Under the pieces are notes generated by a model, which searched no databases, was not told where the DNA came from, and saw only the letters and a program-made list of their open reading frames with translations. This document shows positions 11,302 to 21,452 of a stretch of 26,160 nucleotides of DNA, piece after piece (position 1 is the stretch's first letter; each line of letters begins with the position of its first letter). This DNA comes from Tubiluchus corallicola (taxonomy: Eukaryota > Animalia > Priapulida): NCBI GenBank assembly GCA_030141605.1, contig JAQGDQ010001770.1, forward strand, positions 1 through 26,160, written 5' to 3'. The translations under genes and the position numbers were made by a program.

Positions 11302-11652
11302 ATGCAGACTGGAGGTTGGTCAACCCAAGCTGCACATCACATGATGCAAGGAACGTTACAGGGCTCTTGCATGAATCCCAACGTCACGTTGCCCAATTTC
11401 ATGGGCGTGGTGCAACAGCAACAACAACAACAGCAACAACAACAGCAGCAGCAGCAAAACTTTACCTCCTTGCATAGCCAGCAGATGCCGCCCTCGTCGA
11501 TGTCGATGACAGCGCCACCTATAGCGTATGCCCCTAGCGACGGTTGTCTGGTAGATACTGATAGAAGGACATCTAGTATAGCTGCATTACGGTGGAAAGC
11601 TAGAGAGCATAGAGCAGCAATGGCAAGTGTGTTCGGAATGTATGGAAACTGA
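11302..11652 (+). CDS. Alx1: Terminal coding exon of the Alx gene with 15-Q tract and C-terminal OAR motif
   Basis: Acceptor tttttttcttcag ends at 11301 and joins in frame (..GYPQ|MQTGGW.., cf. ALX4 ..NYAQ|IQNPSW). Poly-Q at 11413-11457, OAR-like DRRTSSIAALRWKAREH at 11560-11610, TGA at 11650-11652. Confidence 0.9.
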   Translation: MQTGGWSTQAAHHMMQGTLQGSCMNPNVTLPNFMGVVQQQQQQQQQQQQQQQNFTSLHSQQMPPSSMSMTAPPIAYAPSDGCLVDTDRRTSSIAALRWKAREHRAAMASVFGMYGN

Positions 11653-12090
11653 TTCATGTTAAATTTTGTCGTAATAGTTTCTCTTTTTATAAGTAGGTTA
11701 ATTATTTTAGAACTTGATCAGTTGTCTAATCTTTTTTTATCCTAAAATCGGTTCAATTTCTATCATAACTCGGTCAGCTGAGTGAGTAAATAGTCACTTT
11801 TGGACGAGGCCTCGACCGACAAGGTAACTCATTTGGATGTTGTTCTTCTTGTTGAGGATGATCGCGTTTGAAAAAAGCCTATAGCTCCTCGGTATTGTAC
11901 TCTCTACTGGTTCATCGACACTGGTGTAATAAATTGTAATGACATCGTTATTACATCCTGTAAAAATAATTGAACTCATTGCAATTCCTCCACATTGTTA
12001 ATCTCTTAGGAGTTTAGGACTTTTTATAAAAAAATGTATGGTAAACGCGAACGGCCACAAAAAATAAAGTAAAGAACCGAATAAGTATGT

Positions 12091-12431
12091 CATTGTTGTT
12101 GGCGTCCTTCTGTCTCGGAAGACAATGGAGTGTACACCGAGAGAGTCAGTTATTGATCACATTGATGGAGCTGCAGCGTCGATGCAGCTGAGCAGTGAGA
12201 TCCTTGAACGTCTCCAGGGCGCACGCCTGGGCAAGGTGTGTGGAGATCCTCAGTTGCCCAGACCGCAGGCACCCCCTCTCTTTCTCACCGGTGTAGTCCA
12301 AAGGAAAGCGGAGCGATACGTTTGGCACCAGATTGGCTGCCTGAACTGACGGTATTCCTAGGCGGTCACCCATCCAAGCACTAACCAGACTGTACGTTGC
12401 TTAATTTCGGTGATCAGATTTGGCCGTAGTC
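12091..12431 (-). mobile_element. Full-length 5S rRNA-derived SINE (SINE3) with RTE-type body and tail, 12-bp TSD
   Basis: Minus strand begins GACTACGGCCAAA-TCTGATCACCGAAATTAAGCAACGT...CTGGTTAGTGCTTGGATGGGTGACCGCCTAGGAATACCG (5S-like, with an internal deletion). It ends TCCATTGTCTTCCGAGACAGAAGGACGCCAACAACAA (RTE-like 3' end). Direct repeat gaataagtatgt at 12079-12090 and 12432-12443. Confidence 0.88.
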
Positions 12432-12691
12432 GAATAAGTATGTATTAACTAATCTATTGTTACATATGATCTGCAAACTTGAAAACTAGTCATTAAGTTA
12501 AGCCTGCGCAGGCCTGTTCAATTCGGTGCTTTTGTGTATATTTATAATATGCAACGTTTTATAAGAAACTTATGTGTATGATAAAATGTATTATTGCCTT
12601 ATAATGTATTGAAGTTAAGTATTTTTGCAATTTGCATTAACTAGTTGTACCAGGAACAACCAAATAAAGTTAAAACAAATGTTCTGCGTAA

Positions 12692-13076
12692 AGCTAGATT
12701 CCACGTGTGCGTAATGCGTGATGCATGATCCGCAATGCGTGATCCGTAATGCGTGATGCGAATTCAGATGATAGCCATCACGTTCGAGTGAATACGCCTC
12801 ACGCATTACGCACTAAGTACACATGGAAACACATGCGTAAAACTAGATTCCACATGCGTGTAATGCGTGATGTATAATCCGTAATGCGTGATCTGTAACG
12901 CGTGATGCGTATTCAGACTATAGCCATCATGTTCGAGTGAGTACGCCTCACGCATTACGGATTACGTACTACGCACTTTATGGAAATACATTCACGCATT
13001 TAAATATAAACTGTTGTATACGCATCACGCATTACGGATCACGCATCACGCATTACGCGGACATGGAGTCGTACCT
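12692..13076. mobile_element. MITE with TAA flanks and GCGTAAT/GCGTGAT-rich inverted arms (PIF/Harbinger-like), with internal duplication of its left part
   Basis: TAA at 12689-12691 and 13077-13079. Left end agctagattccacgtgtgcgtaatgcgtgatgc versus right-end reverse complement aggtacgactccatgtccgcgtaatgcgtgatgc. The left ~150 bp repeats from ~12840. Confidence 0.7.
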
Positions 13077-13511
13077 TAAGCCAAAGAACACTCGCGCTTT
13101 GAGTTTACGTATAAGACCATTAGACCATTATGACTGCTAGAATTAAATTGAAAATGATTTCTTTTAAATGTTGGCTATTGTGTTTAATGTTTAATTGGCT
13201 ATTAATTAATACTGTATTACTTAGGCGTGCTGTAACTAGAATCGGACAGAACAGATGTGTAAATGTTTTTGTGAATAAACGTAAAACAGTTTTTTTGATT
13301 TTACTAATTGCATAATATTTTACTAATTGCATAGTATTGGAATTTTGAGTGCAGAACGATATTTGTGATGGGCATACTGTGGCAAAAAATCTAAAAATCT
13401 AAAACCAAAAAAGAGTCAGAATTACTGAATGTATATTTACCTTTTTCTCTTACCATCCCTATTTTTAATTGCAGTTCAGCACGCTGTAAAACAGAATCAG
13501 GACCTGCTTAA

Positions 13512-14195
13512 AGCACAAGAAACCCCTTCATAGACATAAAGCTTAAAGAATTCTTTTTGAAATTTTATATTACTTACATACTGCCTTTTTGCATGCAGGA
13601 CTTCAATCGGCAGTAACGCTGTATAAAACATGTAAATTTAAATCGTTAGATTATCGTTAGACGCGGCCATTTTTACGACAGGTCATTTGAAACAAGTTTA
13701 GATAACATTTTGTAAAGTTTGAAAAAATAATCAGAGCATTCGTAGCGCACAAGTCACTAACTAAATAAAATTTAAAATTACTATGTCTTGTCAATAAAAT
13801 TAAAAATACGTTTTTGGTTATTGAGTGGTGCACCCTGGAGGGTGAGTCAGCGACATTTTACCAATTGGTGAAAACATTTTCAATAATTAATAATTTTCTT
13901 TTCTAGTTACATAAGTCCTTCTAGTAGGTAAGTGAAAATCTAAGTAATATAGATTTGCACGGAAAGTCTTTTGAGACATAATTTAACATTGCCTTTTCTT
14001 CCCTTGATTTACGTTGTGCGTATATGACGTCATGTAATGGCGACTTCGGAACAGTATTGCGGGAGATTTAAAATGAAAACAAACTAAAATTCCTTTTAGT
14101 GCGAGTATGATATTCGCATAAAATTGCTATAAAGTAATGTAATTTTTTAAGGCGACTTTTCTGAAACGTACTTCAGGTGCCCCTTTTCTTGTCCT
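13512..14195 (+). mobile_element. TTAA-flanked Kolobok-like MITE, long copy A
   Basis: TTAA at 13508-13511, begins AGCACAAGAAA, ends TTCTTGTCCT, then TTAA at 14196-14199; AG...CT termini. Confidence 0.8.
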
Positions 14196-14199
14196 TTAA

Positions 14200-14598
14200 A
14201 GGACAAGAAGAGGTGCACCTGAAGTTACTGTAGGTTCCAGACAAAATGCCTAAAAAATTGTATTGTTTTCACCAATTGGTAAAATGTCATTGACTCACCT
14301 CCCGGGTGCACCACTCTCAAAAACGTATTTTTAATCTTATTGACAAGCTACAATAATTTAATATGCGCTACGAATGCTCTGATTATTTTTTCAAACTTTA
14401 CAAAATGTTATCTAGACTTGTTTCAAATGACTTATCGTCAAAATGGCTGCGTCTAAAGGTCATCGCGGGAGCTTAAATGTACATGTTTTATACAGCGTTA
14501 CGGCTCTCGCAAGCCCTGTATGCAAAAAGGCAGTATGCAAGTGGTATAAAATTTCAAGACGAATTTTTAAACCTTTATGTAAAGAGTTTTCTTGTGCT
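14200..14598 (-). mobile_element. Same MITE family, short copy B, inverted and sharing the central TTAA with copy A
   Basis: Begins AGGACAAGAA, ends TTCTTGTGCT, then TTAA at 14599-14602. Its reverse complement aligns to copy A at 13512-13877 and 14141-14195 and lacks ~260 bp of A's interior. Confidence 0.8.
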
Positions 14599-14619
14599 TT
14601 AACAGAAATGGTTATGGTA

Positions 14620-14806
14620 GAACAGAAATCTAACTATAATGATCAAAGTTGGCATATTCTGCCTAGGCAAAAGGAGGTAACACCACTCCCTCAGTAAGCC
14701 AAGCAGTTCAGGGCAATGATGCAGCCTGTCATCCATTTACTAACCACGTCCGATTTTGCTTAACTTCGGTGGCGAAGCACCCCTTCTAGCCACTCAGCTA
14801 TTTCCT
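14620..14806 (-). mobile_element. Decayed SINE-like element with a tRNA-A-box-like head followed by a 5S internal-control-region fragment
   Basis: Minus strand reads TAGCTGAGTGGCTAGA (14786-14801), then CACCGAAGTTAAGCAAAATCGGACGTGGTTAGTAAATGGATG (14730-14771, 5S-like). Outer boundaries are uncertain. Confidence 0.5.
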
Positions 14807-15127
14807 CATTCTATTAGTGACAATTATTGATTCTTAGAGATAAAATGGCATCTTATTTTGCTGCATAAGTTACCTATATAATTACACATACACATATGCA
14901 CACATACATAACAAACGTGCACATATTTTCCTGTTACAATATTGTAAGCAGAGTCATTACACCAGATCATATTTTTCATTCCTCATTGTTATTATTTTCG
15001 TTTCCTGTTGTTCTAACAGGTTTGTTTTTCTTCCCAGTCGTCTTTACATTTTCTCCCACAGATTTCCTGCACACGTGTGTACAGGGCGCTCCAAAAACGG
15101 GGGCCCTAGTAAAAGATTTAATAATTA

Positions 15128-15582
15128 CCGTATTTTCCCGTGTATAAGAGACCCTTGTGTATAAGAGACCCCTTCAATTTTTAGGCAAAAATTCTGGAAA
15201 AAAGTTTTTTCAGACGGACATTTTTAGAGGGTAGAGTACAACTTTTTTCAACTCAGTGCGGTACTGAAAACAAAATAAAACCAGTTAATGTGTTGTAGAA
15301 AAAGAGTACTGGTATATATTAAAGTGCGTACCTGCAAACCTGTAACAGGAAAAGAGAAAACGAGGAGATAATGCCTGTGTCACGATGCTTGTATTGCTTA
15401 CAACCGCTTCATAGTCGAACGCGACACGCAAAACAGTTGTAGAGCACTTATTTCTTTAAAATCATTAGTGTCACAATTTATGCATCTTATTGAAAAGACT
15501 TACTCCCATGTATAAGAGACCCCCTATTTTTAAAGTGAAAATTCTGAGCAAAAAAGGGTCTCTTATACACGGGAAAATACGG
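15128..15582. mobile_element. Tc1/mariner-superfamily MITE, 455 bp, perfect 29-bp TIRs, TA TSD
   Basis: TA|CCGTATTTTCCCGTGTATAAGAGACCCTT ... AAGGGTCTCTTATACACGGGAAAATACGG|TA, with internal copies of TGTATAAGAGACCCC at ~15158 and ~15509. Confidence 0.92.
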
Positions 15583-16709
15583 TATGCTAAAGCTGAGCGA
15601 TTATCGATTCTAAAAGAGAAGAAACGACAAAAACAACCATTTTTTTAAAGAATGGTTTACGTTTTTCTTTTTTGGTTTGTCTTTTGAAAAATAGACAGAA
15701 AACCAAAAAACACTTTACAAAAATGTCGTGGATCCAATAATTGTGAAATGGTACATTTAAATGCCAGGAGCAAGGCGTTTATTACAGCTCAACAAATTGA
15801 CAATCATTTTCACTCGCGCATGCGCGCCTGGGTATTCAGTTGTAGCTACGTAAGATGCCAAGCTCTATGCAAATATTTGCTTTATGCAAGTCTTCCTAAA
15901 AAAATTAATCACAATTCAAGATAGATAATTACAATAAAAACTCAATTTCAAAATTCTCACGACTAATTTGCTACTGATAGAAGGTATTTGATATCCTGGT
16001 AAAGAGTTGCACAGATAAGAGGCCCGGGAAAACTAATTTTGTTAATCATTTCCCGCAGCTGGTCCTTACAGACTTTAACTAGTTTTATGAATTTATATAA
16101 AAATTTATAAAAATACAAAAAAATTTAAAAAAGACAACAATAATTTAGTGAACATTCTTGGCATTAATATTTTGAGACAATAATAAATTAATAAATAATA
16201 AATGCATTTCGCAAAAGTCTAGTGAAATAAAGGCCAAGTGAAATACACATGCACACATTTACCCACACGCATGCGCGTTTGCACCTGCTCCTGAGCCGGA
16301 AAGAGGGGGTAAACCGGAACAAACAACAATCCAAACCCTGAGAGCCAAAGAGGAATATTTTCCTCTTTTGAGTCAGCAATCAGTGACTCTAAAAAAATTC
16401 AAAAATGGACTAAAAATACTGTACTATCCTTCAAAAAAACTAATAATGAAAAAATCAAATCACATCTTATGTATTATCAACGTTCACCCAGTAGTCTGTA
16501 GTTAGTGGCAGATCAAAACCTGCGATGCATTAACATCATATCAACAAACTAAAACCCACCACATGCAAAAAAACTCAAGTCACCAACACGAAACGTCAAT
16601 AAAGCACCCAATTTTAATTTCATACGTTTGGTATTTTACAAAAAAACTATTTTGTAATGATTGTAAATGTGTTAAATTCTCCGAACTGTGTGAAATGAAA
16701 TGTATACAT

Positions 16710-17192
16710 CAGGGGTGTGCAAATTGCGGCCCGCCGAGAGAATTTGTGCGGCCCGCGAAGAGATTTGTCAACCTAATGAAAGTGCGGCCCGGGCAATTAA
16801 TTGAGTGTATCCAGCTGAAGTCCGTGCCACGATCCCAAAGATAGTGCGGGTAGTTTTTTCTACTAGATCGGATGCCATTAACCCTTACAAGACGGTTGTA
16901 GCTTAATGTCACTGTACTACACAGACTGTGCGATACACATTACTAATATGCATTGTAATGAAATTACCACTATCTGTCCTGAAAGTAGAAATATATGGTT
17001 TGTAATATAAATTTTAATAACTTCTAAAATACTTTCTTGAGTGTAGTAGTAATGATGTACGCAGGTCGGATGCAAAAAAAATCGTTATTAGGCCTTTCTG
17101 TACTTGGCTCCTTGATCAAACTGCCTGTGGCCCGCAGGAATTGTGGGAAAGTTTAATGTGGCCCGGCTAGTCAGATAATTTGCACACCTTTG
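16710..17192. mobile_element. hAT (Charlie-like) MITE
   Basis: CAGGGGTGTGCAAATT ... AATTTGCACACCTTTG TIRs; 8-bp flanks gtatacat and gtatatag (6/8 match); repeated subterminal (T)GCGGCCC/TGTGGCCC motifs. Confidence 0.85.
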
Positions 17193-17958
17193 GTATATAG
17201 TTTTAAATTTACGTATTTACACAGCCTCACTTGTATTTTTAATTGTAAATTCATTTTATTGTATAACACTATTGCTCATAGCAGTGGAAACATTGGTTAC
17301 CTTATAAATTTTTGAATGTGTAGTTTACCGTTCAAGGCAGGAGCGTATCAACGGCTTAAGCTGACAGTTCTGTCCCTATTGTGAATTTATGGTTGTTTAT
17401 GTAATGAGCGGTTTAAGCAATTACTTGTGGTGTATTAGAAACACTATTAACCTAATTTCTACGTGGTCATTATTAATTACGTGTATTTGCATAGCGTTTA
17501 CATTCAAGAAGGCCTTGTAATTATGTAATACCTTGCACCTGTTCGTTATGTGACACTTATATAAAAGTAGAGCTCAGTAACTGCCTGTGGTGTGTTATAA
17601 AATGCGCCATTTATATGAATATGAAAGTATACACATTTTCAGAGAAGAAAAAGAATTTTATCAAAAATGTAAAGCCCTCAAACTAGTCTATAGCCTAGTT
17701 AGCCTGTTGGTTAATACGATTCTGGTTCAATGACGTGTAATTTTTTCTAGCAATAAAGAATTTTATTGTTATGAGGATGTATATATAATCCTTTATAATA
17801 TGAAAGTCCTTTATAATTTCCTTTATAATATGAAAGTCCTTTATAATTTCTAGCCAACGTCGGAGACCCCATATACCTGCTTGGTTACCTTGCGAAGTTC
17901 TCCTGTAAGCCCTGACGTATTTCTTTCTATGCCTATTTTAGTGTTGAATAATAATTAA

Positions 17959-18548
17959 AGGAAGACAGGATGATTTTTCATATACTATCCCATTTTCAAG
18001 TCCGATAAAAACATACATTAATACAATTAATATTGCAAAAGCGCTTCTGATGATTAAATAATAGATTAGAAACTTAATTAACGGCGGGCGAGCCCAACTA
18101 TTGATGACATCACAAACTAACATAATTTTTAACAATAAAACATTCTACGAGCGTGTTGCACGTGTTTGCGAAAGCGAAAATTGAAGCACAGTGCTACTGT
18201 AAGATAGTGTTATACTAAAAAAAGGAAGTTTTAAGATAAAAATTCAATTTCAATTTTACCACTGTGCTCATGCAACGTGTGTAGTTCGTCACGAACTAAG
18301 ACATCTGAAGTGAGAGGTACGGCACCTGTTTTTCGTGAACTGAATTTCCGAAAAGCAGGCGCTACTACTGCCTGCCTAACTAGAGAATGATGAAATGCAT
18401 ATAACAGCAAAGAACTAGTGGCACGCACGTAAAATTGTGTTTGTGTGGTAATAATTCTTTCATGTTTGAAAAAATAGCATGTTTCCTTTCAATACTTTAA
18501 AGAGTAGATTGTTTTGACCTACAGTTTAATATTGGGTCCGGTTTTGTT
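17959..18548. mobile_element. TTAA-flanked Kolobok-like element, copy 2 (same orientation as 7651-8226)
   Basis: TTAA|AGGAAGACAGGA start; shares long blocks with copy 1 such as ggcgggcgagcccaactattgatgacatcacaaactaacataattt; ends CCGGTTTTGTT|TTAG. Confidence 0.75.
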
Positions 18549-19164
18549 TTAGTTACAATTTAACAATGTAAATAATGTAGAGAAAGCTACCATAATGTGT
18601 TGTGTCACAAATCCCGCTGAACCTAGCCTGACTGAAAACTTAAATAGAAATAGAAGTCACAGTCCAACAGTTATGCTTAGTGAAAGGAGAAAAAATTAGG
18701 AGAGAAGGAAAAAAGAAAATTTGATTGACTACAAAATAATTACTTATTTTAAAACTCCACGTTATATAATTATTTAAATGAATTGTCACGTTAGCTTTCA
18801 AATGCTGCTATAATGTTCTAGTTTTCACACTAACTAGGCTATGAATTATCGTATGGAGGAATACACTGGATTGTTTTCCCCCATAGTATTGGGTCTGGTT
18901 TTGCTTTAAATTTTCCACTTGTAGGACATAGTTATTGTTATTGGTTAATGATTAGCACGAAACTTTTCCTCTTTCTGTAACCGTCAGAGGCATTGGTGTA
19001 ACTATGGTGTTGTAACGAAGACATATTATGGGAGCTCAAATTTCAGGCCGCGAACCTATTATGTATATTCAGTCGGAATTTGCCTTTGTATATTATTGAT
19101 AAATGAATTCATCCAGGTCGTAGAAAGCTATGTGTTTACAGAATTTAACATATATCTGCATAAG

Positions 19165-19876
19165 CCATGGCCGGACCACTTTTTCTGCCATACGTGCCAA
19201 GACATCTCCCCTTCATTATTTATAATGACAACAATAAAGCACATAAATCGTTTTATTCGAAGGTGAAAAAAGTAATTTTGGTTTAGACTTCATTATTATA
19301 TCCAATCAGCAAACAGAAATTATATGCAATCAGCAAACAGAATATGAATTCATCTATCATGGATATACCACCGGTTCCAAATCAGCCTAAATCAGCAAGG
19401 TGAATAAGTCAGTCTGTCGGATATATTCGGTTATTTCCGTGAACTTAAACCTGCGATGCGATCAATCTATTCCGAAATTGTGATTCTTGTCGGGATACTA
19501 CTAGTGATTCCGGCTACAAATTCTACAAGTGAAAGGACATTCTCAGCCCTGCGTAGAGTAAAAACTTATTTGCGGAGTACGATGACTCAAACTAGACTGA
19601 ACAATCTCATGACTTTGCATGTATATACGGATAGAACAGACGCTCTCGACCTGAAAGAAATTGCGAACGAGTTTACTGCTAGAAATGAGCGGTGCAGATG
19701 TGTGTTTGGGAAGTTTTAATCAATCATGTCATCATTGAGTATGTGTAGTGCTCTATTATATTATAACTCTATATTATAAATTATAATATACTCTTCTATA
19801 TGTTGCTGCTGTATTCTTCTTCTACCTGTTCCGTATCTGTGGCCGGACCACTTTTCAAAAGCCGACTACGGCCCTG
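19165..19876 (+). mobile_element. Internally deleted hAT transposon retaining the right TIR; left TIR not found
   Basis: Right end ...CTACGGCCCTG (reverse complement CAGGGCCGTAG); subterminal TGGCCGGACCACTTTT near both ends (~19168 and ~19840); contains a transposase fragment. Confidence 0.75.
19408..19719 (+). pseudogene. hAT transposase C-terminal dimerisation domain fragment (ZMYM1/Tip100-like)
   Basis: Reads ..LLVIPATNSTSERTFSALRRVKTYLRSTMTQTRLNNLMTLHV..LDLKEIANEF..R..VFGKF, the classic P.T..S.ER.FS.L.R.KT.LRSTM.Q.RL motif. The frame is open from 19408. Confidence 0.88.
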
Positions 19877-20050
19877 TTAGCAATCATTAATAAAAGCCCA
19901 TGTTTAACCACAAATCGAGTTGCCACTGTCTGCTGTTTGAGTCATAGTCATATTATGCTTCCATTTTATTACGCTAGAAAGTTTCGTTTCGCATAGAGCA
20001 ATTTTAGTGCCAAATGCACGCAGCACTACGTTATTAAAAGTCTATAGAAG

Positions 20051-20535
20051 ATTAGATTTCTAGATTTAATAGATTTATTTCGCAATAAACATATACATAT
20101 ACATTACATGTGCATCGATAATCAGTTTTTGTTAATACAAAAATATGATACGATTCATGAGTTCTGCGCTAGAGACCTAAGAAGCTAGCTTATGCTAGGC
20201 CACTAGAATTAGTTACGAAAAAATTACAATATATACAGATACAATATTACAATAATACATACAAATATAAATACGGGTGGGAAGTAATAAAAATAGTATT
20301 ATACTAGAGGGGAAGTTTTTGAAAATGAAAAACAACAAATCATGATTGAGTGATCAGTTATATGTTTCAAGTAAGTTTAATTTATATTTTTTTTTAAATA
20401 TGGACAGCGAGTTGGCATTTTTAATAGCTGGAGCAATTGAATTCCATATGTAAGGGTCATTGTATTTAATAGAAAATTTTCTAACATTTGTGTTGCACTG
20501 TATGTAGTGATAGTTCAGTCTATGATGGTTGGCAC
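20051..20535 (-). mobile_element. CR1/L2-group LINE 3' end
   Basis: ORF 20354-20551 has CNTNVRKFSIKYNDPYIWNSIAPAIKNANSLSIFKKKYKLNLL. A 3' UTR stem lies at ~20169-20206, with minus-strand AATAAA and an (AATCT)-like tail at ~20051-20080. Confidence 0.8.
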
Positions 20536-21452
20536 TGCACTGTAATAACACAGTCTGTCATACAGTCGCAATAAGCAAAAGAAGAAAATGCTGATAATAA
20601 ATAATCAAGTTTGCTGGATTCGATGTACATTAGAAACAGATTTGCAGCAACAACAAACAGCCACGATTTCTGGTGTACATGAACCCTGCCACCTGCAGGC
20701 GGAGAAGAAAAACAACTGTTGGCAATTTTCTTCCCATTTATTTCAAAACAATCGTCTTGAGACGACGTACCACTGACCAGTGTATTGAGAGTCTCCGTGA
20801 GTCTGAGATTAGCAAGTCAGGTCTCATTCTCACAGAGCCTCGGATTCCGTTTACACTGATTGTGTTTGGTTTGAAAATGTTGACCATGTCTACAGAATGT
20901 GAAACCGTTGCACAATTTGCCGGTGGAAAATTGGCCAAATCATGGCGGCTCATCCGCATAGAGACTTGCGCAGTATAAACAAATAATCGGCCCAGGCTTG
21001 ACGTTCAAGATTTCTTCAAATGTCACTTTACTGAAACTACATTTGCGCCTTCGAACTGCTTTAGAAAGTCAGAAAAACAAGAAACGGGTTTGCATCTGTT
21101 GTGGAGATCCGTTAGAATTAAATAGAATATTGTAGAATGTTCAATAGTATAGTAGAACAATCTTTTTTTATTTATTTTATTTATTATTATTATCACATTC
21201 AGTAGAATATAATGACATTAAGCACACAGTGACATCAAAATTGTTACTTCATACTGTATTAAATTGTTATGTTTCATACACTATCGTTATCATAAAAGAA
21301 TAATTATACTGCAGTGGGCTAGAGAAGTAAAGGCTTGTATAAGCCCACTGTCATGTGAACCCGATAAAAAAAGAATGGATGAGTGAACAAAAAAAAGAAC
21401 TGGGAGAAAGGTTAGATCACACAGTGTCGAGATACAGTGTGGGCATCCCCGC

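Noticed and set aside
11337-11657. Antisense poly-Cys ORF
   Set aside because: Shadow of the poly-Q exon on the opposite strand.
12125-12373. ORFs of 74-75 aa on both strands
   Set aside because: They lie entirely within the GC-rich SINE and are chance frames.
17791-17850. Perfect 30-bp tandem duplication
   Set aside because: Real but an ordinary slippage duplication with no functional hint.
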